From: Octopus sinensis
Lineage: Eukaryota
NCBI RefSeq assembly: GCF_006345805.1
Contig: NC_042999.1
Coordinates: forward strand, 100,378,001 to 100,442,000
Length of the DNA stretch: 64,000 bases
Direction of reading: 5' to 3'
In this document: positions 50,581 through 61,759 of the stretch, piece after piece
Numbering within the stretch: position 1 is the stretch's first letter
Layout: each line of letters opens with the position of its first letter
Translations under genes and position numbers: made by a program
Notes under the pieces: generated by a model
What the model was told of the DNA's origin: nothing
Database searches by the model: none
What the model saw: the letters and a program-made list of their open reading frames with translations, nothing else

Positions 50581-52139
50581 TTTGTATTTTGTATTAACTC
50601 ACTTGCAATATAGTAAGATAGAAACAATAATAATCTTACAAATTCTCCCTCTTTAACCAGCTGTTCCTTTAACAGTACTATTGCCATTAACTTTAATTTT
50701 TCCTGATCATATCGAAGTACATCGTTTCTTATATAGAATAAGTGTTCTTGTAGCCAATAACTTAAACAAATTTCTACATTTGTCATATCTACATTTCTGC
50801 ATTGATTTCTTCATTTGAAATTCTCTGCTTACATCTAAGTAGTATAATGTGTTCTTTAAACATTGTTCTTTCTGTTTATTTATAATTATGAAACTAGTTT
50901 CTATTCTCATTGTATTCTTTTATTCAACGCTGTTGTCATATCTGCCACTGACACCTGTCCTTTTTCATTTTATCCAGCAAGTATTGACTTAAGCTAAAAT
51001 TATTTTCTTTTCAAGTATGTTAGAAATTTAAATGAAAAGCTGTAAACAAGCTGAATGTATTAAATCAGTAGTGCGCTGCAGAGATTATATATTTTAGTCG
51101 CAATAAACAAAAGCAAGCATGAGTGTCAACGAATGAAGTTTTCGATCAGACAAGTCAGTGATCTTGTTTCAATTCTGAGATGGAGTAATAAATCTTCAAA
51201 TTACTATCAATATCTGTTGTCTCAAAAGGTGAAGACATGTATGCAGAATAATGTAGTCTTGAATGTTTTGCACATCTAAAGTGCCCTTAAAAGGGACAAG
51301 TACGTTGACGAACCAGAGGAGCTTATCGTGATCGCCCGACCTGCTAGAAATAGAACCCAAATCGCTTTCAAATCACCTTCACTCCTTAGTGTCTTAAAAA
51401 GTGAAGAAAACATCTGTACAGATTAATTTAGTCGTGGGGACTTTATATATTGAATAAAACGGGATGAAAGCAGCTTGAACTCATTTATCATATATCAATC
51501 GAGCTAATCTGTGGCCAATCAGCTACAACAACAACAACAACAACAAAGATGCACAATGACACAATCTCAGTAATTTCCCCTTGAATTTGAAGAAATCTTC
51601 TATATAAGAAATAATTAAACACATAAATATGGACGAATTCCATACTGTAGAATTTAGATAATTATATTAGCTGTCAACTAGATTAATGCCCTGCTCTTAT
51701 TTCTCTTTCGAAACCCTTACACTTCACAACTATTAAAAAAGCTTGCCCATCACACAATATCTTTTCTTCCTACAGACATTTAACACCTTGATTTTAAGAT
51801 ATAAAATTATTTTGACTCGACTATACAAACACAAGAGAAGACAAGGAAACTAATTAATGTTTGTTTTATACACTATAACAACGTGCTTCTCCTTTTAATG
51901 TCATCAATTTAAACAAAATCTGTGTGTGACAATGCCTTGGTTCAACCTTAAAAGTAAATGTTATTTCAAGTATGTTTATTTGTTTAACTTGTAATACCAA
52001 CTGTTTATTGATTTGCTTCATGTATTCGATAGTTAATATATGCTTTAATAACAATAATGAAAGCCCAAGAATTATAAAAAGTTTTGTGCATGAGAATATC
52101 TGGAATAATTCCCGGCTATTGGTCTTTTTTCTTTCAGTT

Positions 52140-52288
52140 TTATTTTCTGAGTTCAAATTCAGCCGCGGTTGACTTTACCGTTTATCCTTTCGGGATCGAT
52201 GAAATAAGTACCAGTTGAGCACTGGGATCGATGTCATTAACAAGTCCCTCCACCCAAATTTCAAGCGTTTGCCGACAGCAGAAAAAAG
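52140..52288 (+). mobile_element. SINE family B 3' part; its (TTA)n tail abuts an R4/Dong LINE
   Basis: TTCTGAGTTCAAATTC...TAAGTACCAGTT...AGCAGAAAAAAG followed by (TTA)n at 52289-52310. Confidence 0.8.
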
Positions 52289-52310
52289 TATTATTATTAT
52301 TATTATTATT

Positions 52311-55078
52311 CAGTAGTTTTATTTTTATAGCGTGCTTTCACTTCACTACCGAGCGCAGCTCTGTGTGCCTTGGGTATGTGCTGTGATTTGTTGTGATGCT
52401 CTGATGGTTATTGTATGGAAAGTGTTCTGCGTAGGATGTGTGCAGTGCCCAGTAGTGCAATTTTCTGTATGTTATATGTGTTTGTAAGTCCTGGTGTTTT
52501 TGTTATGTATTTGTCTGAATATTTTTTTATCATGCCTAATGCACCTACTATGATAGGAATTGGTTCTGTTTTCAGGTTCCACATTCTAGTTACCTCTATT
52601 TCCAGGTCTTTGTATTTTGAGAGTTTCTCCATTTCTTTTAGAGACACGTTGTCATCTGCCGGTATTGATACATCAATTAGAAAGCATTTTTTTTCTTCAT
52701 GATCTCTGACAACTATATCTGGTCTGTTGGCCTTAATTTCTCTCTATCTGTGTGTATCGGCATATCCCAGAGCATGGTTGCTTTCTCGTTTTCTGTGACC
52801 TTTTCTGGTGTGTGCCTATACCATCTTTTTTCTGTTGTTATTCCATAATGTTGGCATAGCTTCCAATGTATGTAGGTTCCAACTCTGTCATGTCTGTGAA
52901 TATATTCCTTCTTAGCCAGGACTGGGCAGCTAGAGATAATATGATTTATTGTTTCTTGTCCATCTCCACATATTCTGCAGTTACTTGTAATATTTCTTTT
53001 CATTACATGTTTTTGGTAATTTCTGGTGGGGAGGCTTTGGTCTTGTGCTGCAATTAAAAATCCCTCTGTTTCTGCTTTGAGTCCTGAGCTTCTCAACCAT
53101 TGCTGGGATTTTTCTTTGTCTATTTCTTTTGCGTTTAGTTTAGTGCAGTATTTACATGAAGGGGCTTTTCTTGCCATCGTTTTATCATGGCTCGTTGCTG
53201 TTCTATTTTTAGTTTGGATTTCATTTGTTTTATAGCTTTTGTTGTTTCTTCATCATCTTCTTCTTCTTCTTGTGTTTATTAGGTGGTATGATTTCTTGTT
53301 TGTATTTGTCAGCTTCCTTAAATACTGAGAACAGTTTTTTGTTTTGCTCGTGTTTTGCTGCTATCTGGATCAGTTTTCCTTCCTTCTGAAGTAGGTATTT
53401 TTGCAGTCCTATGGTGGTTATTTTATAGTAGTTTTCCAGCTGTATAAGGCCTCTACCACCTTCTATACGTTGTATATATAGTCTTTCTATGTCAGATGTT
53501 GGGTGATGCATCCTAGATCCTGTCAGTATTTTTCTTGTTTTCCTATCTATTTTGGACAGTTCATTTCGTGTCCAGTTAAGGATATTGTAGCTGTAACTTA
53601 TAACTGGGACAGCTAAAGTGTTGATACCTATTATCTTGTTTTTAGCATTGAGCTCTGTTTTTAGTATTGATCTAACTCGTCTATAATATTCTTTTTTTAT
53701 TTTCTCTTTCATTTGTGTGTGTTGTGTCTTATCTAGTTCATGGATTCCTAAGTATTTGTAAGTTTGGCTTTGGTCTAATTCTTTTATTTCATTGGTTTTA
53801 TCTAGTGTGATGTTGTTATTCTTAACTAGTTTTCCTCTTTTCATGGTTACTTTGGCGCATTTTTCTAATCCAAATTTCATATCTATTTCTTTGGTAAATC
53901 CATGAACTGTCTTTAATAGTGTTTCCAGCTGTTTGTCATTTGCAGCGTATAGTTTTAGGTCATCCATATATAAAAGGTGGCTGATCGTTTTGCCGTAACA
54001 TTTATATCCGCATCCAGTTCTATTTAGCATATCAGATAGAGGTGACAGTGCCAAGCAGAAAAGGAGTGGAGAGAGCGTGTCTCCCTGGAATATTCCTCTT
54101 CTAATGGGGATGTCTTTGGTTTTCATGAGTCCCTCTTTTGTTTGGAGGTGTAGCACTGTTTGCCATTTATTCATAGAGTGCTCTATGAATTTTATGATTG
54201 TTGGTGCTACTTTGTTAATGGCTAGTGTTTCGAGGATCCATGTGTGGGGGATGCTATCAAACGCCTTTTTGTAGTCAATCCAGGCCATACTGAGGCCTAT
54301 CTTCTTTCTGTGGCTGTCTTCAGTTACGGCTTTATTAATCATTAGTTGATCTTTACAGCCATATGAGCCCTTGCGGCATCCTTTCTGCTCTTCTGGGAAC
54401 AGTTTGTTTTCGTCCAGGTGCTTGTTCAGCCTTTGTGATATCACTGCAGTAAATGCCTTGAACATAGTAGGGAGGCAGGTTATTGGTCTGTAGTTTTCTG
54501 GTTTTGTTGTTTCATTTGATTTGGGAATTAAGATGGTTTTCCCCTTCGTGAGCCATTCAGGCATTGTCTCTGGCTCTGCTAGTATGCTGTTAAAGTTTTC
54601 AGCCAGCTTTTTGTGCATTTCTGTTAGATATTTCAACCAGAAGTTGGGGATCTTGTCATGCCCAGGTGCCTTCCCGTTGCTTAGTTTTTGCAGTGCCTGG
54701 GTGCCCTCTTCAGTTGTTATGGGGGTCCAAAGTTGTTCAGATGCCGAGTTTGTTATTTTCATACTCCTTTTTTTTGGCTGTTCGTTCGCCGACCATATTT
54801 CTTTCCAGAATTCTTCCAATTCTTCTGCCGTTGGTGCTGCAGTGACTTCTATTTTATTTTTGCCCAGTTCTTGGTAGAACTTTTTGGGGTCGGAGTTGAA
54901 CTTTTTGTTCTGTTCAAAGAAGCGTTAGCGTTTCTCGTACCGGCGGATCCTTTGAGCTTTGGCAAGGATATATTGCTTCAGCTTTTCTTTTATCTCCGGC
55001 AAATCTTTTTCTGTGATGTTATATTTGCGGAGCATTTTTGTTCTCTTTTTGTTTGCCAGTAGCGTTGCTTGTTTGCTG
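52311..55078 (-). mobile_element. Young 5'-truncated R4/Dong-like LINE (RT, CCHC, RLE)
   Basis: ORF pieces 54925-55078, 53230-54819 (in frame across one TAA at 54925-54927), 52713-53177 and 52408-52647. Motifs are NYRPITCL, WIDYKKAFDS, GIFQGDTLSPLLF, YMDDLKLY, CRICG...ETINHIISSCP, R(P)D and IDVSI...KY.DL, IIVGALG. (TTA)n flanks both sides. Confidence 0.95.
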
Positions 55079-55135
<57 letters not shown>

Positions 55136-55676
55136 GAGTGAGGGAGCAGCACATGCCATCAAAGTGACATTGGGGAGCAATTATACGAAGCGCAATACAC
55201 CCCATCGTGACTATCCATCTGATAAAGGTACACCAGCTACATGCATCACATCCATATATGCGCGATATGCGATCTTATATCGAAATAAACAGTGCATAAC
55301 CTTGCAGGTGGGGCCGAGTTAAGATTTTCTTCAGGTTGAGTAGTTCATCCTGCTCAAAAGGTCCCTAAATAAGGTTTGTTTAAGGATGATGAACCAAACA
55401 CCCATGTTTTCAGAGGTGAATTATTCAAACCTAAAGAATTCCTCTCAATACATGGCTATGATGCTCTCCCACTACTTCTGCTCGTGATCAGAGATGCACA
55501 TGTCAGCCACCAAGGGGCACGCTCAACTGGTTAAAGTCAAACAACTGACAAGTAAACCTGTGGTTTGGAGCAGAATATTTACTGTAGCAAAACAAAACAA
55601 TGTACATAACACTTCCAATCAGTTAAGATGGATGAGAAACCATGAGAGCCACTGCCTGGTACTGCATCAAGGCATT
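55136..55676 (-). mobile_element. ~540-bp non-coding repeat X flanked by (TTA)n on both sides
   Basis: Bounded by tracts 55079-55135 and 55678-55743. A second partial copy lies at 50336-50580. No LINE-like ORF or clear B box was seen. Confidence 0.7.
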
Positions 55677-55693
55677 CATTATTATTATTATTA

Positions 55694-55743
<50 letters not shown>

Positions 55744-55744
<1 letters not shown>

Positions 55745-56427
55745 TATGTTTGACTTTTGCTTTATATTTGTACAAGTTGGCTCCAAGTCTCACCCAGAGA
55801 CCTCAAGAGACAACAGGTTGGAAGTTCATGTTGTTGTTATGCCTAGTGTGCCATATATTTTGGGGGGAGGGAGTTTTTGGTGTTGTACTAATGAATGTCT
55901 AAAAAAAATTTTTTTTTTTTTAAACCGAAAATTATGTTTGTTTTAAACCTTGAGATTACATAGAAAGTATTTTGCGTAGGATATGAGCAGTTCCCATGAG
56001 CACTATCTTTTGAATTTCTGCCATTTTGGGGTTTCCTGGTATCTGAGTTAGGTAGCTATCAGCCCCTTTTGCTATCATTCCCAGGGCACCTATGACAACA
56101 GGTATTGTTTTAGTCTTCAGGTTCCACATTTTGCTGATTTCTATTTCAAGATCTTTATATTTGCTCAGTTTTTGGTAGGTCTTGACAGATACGTTTATAT
56201 CGATTGGGACAGTCATATCAATGAGGAGGCATGTTCTTTGTTTGAAGTCTTTCAATATGATGACTGGCCTATTTGCATCTATCTTTCTGTCAGTTTGAAT
56301 GGTGAAGTTCCAGAGGAGTGAGATGTGGTCATTTTCAAGCACTGGGGGTGGTTTGTGTTCCCACAAGTTTTTTTCATGGGGCAAATCCAGGTTTTTGCAG
56401 ATTTTTGCAGGTTTTTGCAGTGAATAT
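55744..56427 (-). mobile_element. R4/Dong-like LINE 3' fragment, copy a
   Basis: LWNFTIQTDRKIDANRPVII...LLIDMTVP...KYKDLEIEI...VIGALG...LMGTAHILRKILSM* plus 3' UTR. Confidence 0.92.
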
Positions 56428-56443
56428 ATTATTATTATTATTA

Positions 56444-56493
<50 letters not shown>

Positions 56494-56494
<1 letters not shown>

Positions 56495-57177
56495 TATGTT
56501 TGACTTTTGCTTTATATTTGTACAAGTTGGCTCCAAGTCTCACCCAGAGACCTCAAGAGACAACAGGTTGGAAGTTCATGTTGTTGTTATGCCTAGTGTG
56601 CCATATATTTTGGGGGGAGGGAGTTTTTGGTGTTGTACTAATGAATGTCTAAAAAAAATTTTTTTTTTTTTAAACCGAAAATTATGTTTGTTTTAAACCT
56701 TGAGATTACATAGAAAGTATTTTGCGTAGGATATGAGCAGTTCCCATGAGCACTATCTTTTGAATTTCTGCCATTTTGGGGTTTCCTGGTATCTGAGTTA
56801 GGTAGCTATCAGCCCCTTTTGCTATCATTCCCAGGGCACCTATGACAACAGGTATTGTTTTAGTCTTCAGGTTCCACATTTTGCTGATTTCTATTTCAAG
56901 ATCTTTATATTTGCTCAGTTTTTGGTAGGTCTTGACAGATACGTTTATATCGATTGGGACAGTCATATCAATGAGGAGGCATGTTCTTTGTTTGAAGTCT
57001 TTCAATATGATGACTGGCCTATTTGCATCTATCTTTCTGTCAGTTTGAATGGTGAAGTTCCAGAGGAGTGAGATGTGGTCATTTTCAAGCACTGGGGGTG
57101 GTTTGTGTTCCCACAAGTTTTTTTCATGGGGCAAATCCAGGTTTTTGCAGATTTTTGCAGGTTTTTGCAGTGAATAT
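56494..57177 (-). mobile_element. R4/Dong-like LINE 3' fragment, copy b (identical tandem duplicate, period 750 bp)
   Basis: The sequence matches 55744-56427 at every position compared, including homopolymer lengths. Confidence 0.92.
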
Positions 57178-57193
57178 ATTATTATTATTATTA

Positions 57194-57226
<33 letters not shown>

Positions 57227-57252
57227 GTATTAGTATTATTATTATTATTATT

Positions 57253-58210
57253 TTGGCTTGCCTCGGATTCGGTCTTATTCCTAGTAAGATTTATGTGGGT
57301 TGCCTATTTGTAACCTTAGGTATCCACAAGCTTTCAGCAGGCTTTCAAGTGCTTAGAACCCTCCTGATAATCCTTGCTGTCCATAAGAGACAAACTTTTT
57401 GTAAGAGCTCTACCGAGCATTCTCTTGCAATTTCCTTCAGCAATTTTTCTAAATTTTTGCTTACTGTTCCCAACGTACCAATTATTATAGGCACGAACTT
57501 TACTGTTCTCTTGTTCCAAATTCTTCCTATTTCAAAGTTTATGAAATTGTTTTGCTTTGCTTTTTCTTTAGGATCCTGAAATCAAACAAGCATGATGGGT
57601 CCATTAGTAAGCAACTTAGCTTTTTCTTATCTATGATTGTTATGTCCAGTTTATTATTTTCTAATTTCGTGTCCGTTTGAATAGGAAAGCCCCACACAAT
57701 CTGACATTTCCCCAACTCCAGTACTCTATCGACTCGATGATTGTGCCATGTGTTTCCAGCTTCAAATCCATATTTCTGGCACATTTTCCAGTGTATAACT
57801 TTTACAATCTCGTCGTGCCTCCATTTCTTATATTCTTCCCGTGCCAACTTGGAGCATTCTGTCACAATGTGTGCCGCTGTATCGTTCCAAGTTCCACAGG
57901 TTTTACATTTTTCTGACACATTCTCTCCATATATATTTTTCTCAAGTTGTTTGTTTTTATCGTTTGATCTTGAGCTGTTACAATTAGTCACTGTTTCTTT
58001 TTTATTTGCCCCTATTTTAACAAATCCCAGGATTTTGTTTCACATACGTCTTCAGTGGCTCTCCAAGATTGGCCATTCATAGGTTTCTCTCCGATCTGTC
58101 TGAGGTGCTCTCTTTGTATTTCATTCTTGTCCTTTTCTCCTAATATGCGCTTCATCACCTGTTCTTTATTCACTTTACTTCATTCTTGTCCTTTTCTCCT
58201 ATTACGTGCT
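57253..58210 (-). mobile_element. R4/Dong-like LINE 3' fragment, different subfamily
   Basis: CKTCGTWNDTAAHIVTECSKLAREEYKKWRHD, WGFPIQTD...NKLDITII, IIIGTLG, TARIIRRVL. The 3' UTR is distinct. Confidence 0.85.
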
Positions 58211-58222
58211 TTATTATTATTA

Positions 58223-59630
58223 CTCATGTACACAAAACAAATTTTTGTGTTTGAAAAGAAAAGTTCCTAACATCGGGTTATAACAAGTAAGCTTAGATGC
58301 CAAGAACCCACCTAAGTATCCTAGCTGTCCCTAATAACACTGTTTTCTGGAGCTATACTAAACTGCGTTTTAAGCCTATTTCTGCTATCCATTTGTTCAA
58401 ATATTTAGGAATAATTCCTGACGCACCTCTTACAACTGAAATACATTTTACCCGCACTTTCCATAGTCCCTGTAATTCAATGGCTAGGTCCTGGTACTTT
58501 GCTAGTTTTTCTATGCCTCTCATATTGATTTTTTTACATCATTTGAGACTGTAAAGTCAATTATCTGGCACCTTCTATTCTCTTTATCTATTACTATTAA
58601 ATCAGGCCTTCTAGCTTCTATTACTTAATTAATCTGAATGGTAAAGTCCCACATCTTATATTTCTTACTTTGTAGGACTTTACTAGATTCATGAACATAC
58701 CATTTATCAGTATGTTCAAATCCTAGCTTTCTAAATAGCTGCCAGTGAATTACTTACCATAGGTTGTCATGTCTTTTCTCGTATTCTTTCTGTGCCAGCA
58801 TGCTACATTCACTTACTATATTAGTAATGCTTTCCTCCTTTGATTTGCATAACCTACACAGGGAATCAACTTGGTTTTTGTCTACCTTGGTTTTTATCCA
58901 ATTAGTCCTTAACGCTTGATTGTGTGCTACTACTAACAAACTTTCTGTCTCCCTTTTCAACCTTTCTGTGACCGTAACTATGTCTCACTACTATTATTTG
59001 CTGCAGCTCACATTGGGAATCTACCATGCAACGCCTTCTGCCAGTCAGATAACTTCTGTTCTTTTTTTTCTGGTTTTTAACTTCGTTTGGCTTTTTTGGT
59101 TTCCCTATGTCTTGCTGTGTTGAGCAACTTTTAATAAATTTTCTTCATTATTACTTACATAGGCGTCTATATCTACTCTAGCTAACTCGATGCAGTCTTC
59201 TATTGATATTGACCCTCTCCCACCTTCCTTTCTAGGTAAGTATAATCTTGCTACTCTTGCCCTTGGGTGGAGTCCTCCATTCATAATGAATTCCTTCTTA
59301 GTTCTTACGTCTAGCTTTGCTAATTCAGTTTTCCTCAAATCTACAAAAGCTGCTGAGTATCTAAGCAATGATATTGCTCACTAGATTCGGGCCATTTAGC
59401 TTTGATTTCATTAGCTTCATCATCCTTTTGATGTACTCCTTCTCAATTTTCGTTTTCATTTTTATAGTTAATACTTTGTCCGATTCTGATACTCCTAGAT
59501 ACTTATAACTCTCTCTTTCAATGAATTTAATGTCTGGCCATCTGGTAATTGGATGCTTTCACTATTGACTACCCGCCCTCTTCTCATGACAAATATTGCA
59601 CATTTATCTATGCCAAATTCTATGCCTATA
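58223..59630 (-). mobile_element. R4/Dong-like LINE fragment, further subfamily
   Basis: GIEFGIDKC, YKYLG, GGLHPRARVARLYLPRKEGGRG, ETESLLVVAHNQAL...CRLCKSKEESITNIVSEC, LGTARILRWVLGI*. Confidence 0.85.
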
Positions 59631-59659
59631 TATTATTATTATTATTACTACTACTACTA

Positions 59660-59690
<31 letters not shown>

Positions 59691-59699
59691 TCATTATTA

Positions 59700-60218
59700 T
59701 TAAGACGGTGAGCTGGCAGAATCGGTAGTATGCCAGGCAAAATACTTAGCGGCATTTCATCTTTACGAAACGTTAGAAAAGGCGGCGAACTGGCAGAAAC
59801 GTTAGCACGCCGGGCGAAATGCGTAGCCGTATTTCGTCTGCCGCTACGTTCTGAGTTCAAATTCCGCCGAGGTCGACTTTGCCTTTCATCCTTTCGGGGT
59901 CGATTAAATAAGTACCAGTTACTTATGTGTTTAGCCCCTTGTGGGTAGTAAAGAAAAAGGCATTTCGTCTTTACGTTCTAAGTTCAAATCTTGCCAATGT
60001 CGACTTTGCCTTTCACATTTGTGGGGTCGATTAAATAAGTACCAGTGAACCACTGGGACCGATGTAATTAACTATCCCCCTCCCCAAAATTTTAGGCCTT
60101 GTGATTATAGCAGAAAGGATTATTATTAGTAGTAGTAGCACCAGTGAAATACTGAGGTCGATATAATCAACTAGTCCTCTCCCCGCAAATTTCAGGCCTT
60201 GTGCCTTCAGTAGAAAGG

Positions 60219-60219
<1 letters not shown>
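59700..60219 (+). mobile_element. Cluster of three to four SINE family B copies/fragments
   Basis: Repeated AAGGCGG.GA.CTGGCAGAA, GTTCTGAGTTCAAATT, TAAGTACCAGT and CAGGCCTTGTG...AGAAAGGATTATT segments. Confidence 0.85.
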
Positions 60220-60275
<56 letters not shown>

Positions 60276-60930
60276 GCCTTTGCACAGCTGCTAACGCTGG
60301 AGATGTATTACAGTGTCAGCTGTTCACTACCAGTGAACTAAGGTAACTCCTCTTATTTTTCGAGCACCTTCCGGAGTATTCAAGCGGTTCCAAGCAGTGC
60401 TGTTTTCTGCAAGTGCTCCACCTTTATTGCAGCCCCTATTTTTTCCACGTACTTCTCGAGATTTTTGCTCACTGTTCCCGGGGCTCTAACAATTATTGGT
60501 ACTCCTGCTACCTTTTTTTCATCGACTACAACTGCTTAACTTGCCTAACTTGCCATATCTCTCGACTTTTCTTTCTTCCTTTTCGTCAGCTGGACATGAC
60601 TTTCTTTTTCAATTAAGACTATGTCCGGCTTTATTCTCTATCTCATGGTCGCACTGAATTATGAAATCCCATAGGATCTTTGCATTTCCTTTTTCGACGA
60701 TGCCTTCAGGTTCGACGATGCCTTGTGGTCGTACCAATTTTTGGCTCTGTCAAGTTGTTGCAAAGTGTCCAATGGACAAGCCTAACTATATTGTCGTGGT
60801 GTCTTTTATATTCCTTCTGGGCTAGTGGCGTACATTGGCAGGTAATATGCCAAACGGTTTCGCCGTTTTGTTCACAGATTCTGCACTTATCACTTTCTGC
60901 TGTGTTGTCTTTCTGCACTTATCACTTTCT
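60276..60930 (-). mobile_element. R4/Dong-like LINE 3' fragment (same subfamily as 13127-14860)
   Basis: CRICEQNGETVWHITCQCTPLAQKEYKRHHD. The 3' UTR matches 13127-13260. There is a 20-bp duplication (60879-60898 / 60911-60930) at the 5' junction and (TTA)n on both sides. Confidence 0.92.
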
Positions 60931-61451
60931 ACAACTACTATTATTATTATTATTGTTATTATCATTATTATTATTATTATTTTTATTATTATTATTATTA
61001 TTATTATCTTATAATAACTCTGCTTGTCATTGCATTACTTCGCCCGTCGGTAACGCTTTTACGTGATTAGAGAAAAAGAGGGAAAAAGAAAAGAGGGAGA
61101 GAGAAGCGTCCGTAATGTACGGTAGAGAGAATGTAATTGTAACACTTTCACGTGATTAGTTGACGGAAAAGTGAGGAGAAAAATCCTGGAATCACACAGC
61201 CGTGAATCGTACTTCTTAATGTTGATCGAACCCTTATTTACTTTCGGGGTTATTTCACCGTGGAATCAAAATCCTGGAACCTCGTGGTCGGAAAGCATAA
61301 TTCTTACATATTGATCTAACCCTTATTTACCCTAAGAACTATTTCTTGTAGTTACACCAATCTCTTCGTTGACCGAAGAACACTATGTAAATCGCCCTTA
61401 AGATCGTAAGCCATATTTTTTCTTTCAAACACCGTATTATTATTATTATCA

Positions 61452-61485
<34 letters not shown>

Positions 61486-61532
61486 AATTATTATCATTAT
61501 TATTATATGTGGTTGTTGTTGTTGTTGTTGTT

Positions 61533-61586
<54 letters not shown>

Positions 61587-61759
61587 TAGTAGTAGTAGTA
61601 GTAGTAGTAGTAGTGCAGAACTAGAAGGCATGGTGTTTCTGGGCTATGTATGTTTTTGCTTAAATGTACCATTTTCCACCATCTTGAGTACCCATTTGCC
61701 AGATTTTTTTAACCATTGTGAAGTGGAATGCACTATCTTTGTCTGGGCGTAGTTGCTTT

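Noticed and set aside
50514-50910. Two overlapping minus-strand ORFs with a GTAAGA donor-like site
   Set aside because: No recognisable motif. It runs into repeat X and lacks a convincing acceptor.
55470-55560. HDV-like ribozyme in repeat X (GCC-CCTTGGT-GGC as P3/L3)
   Set aside because: Could not build P1.1 or P2 pairings.
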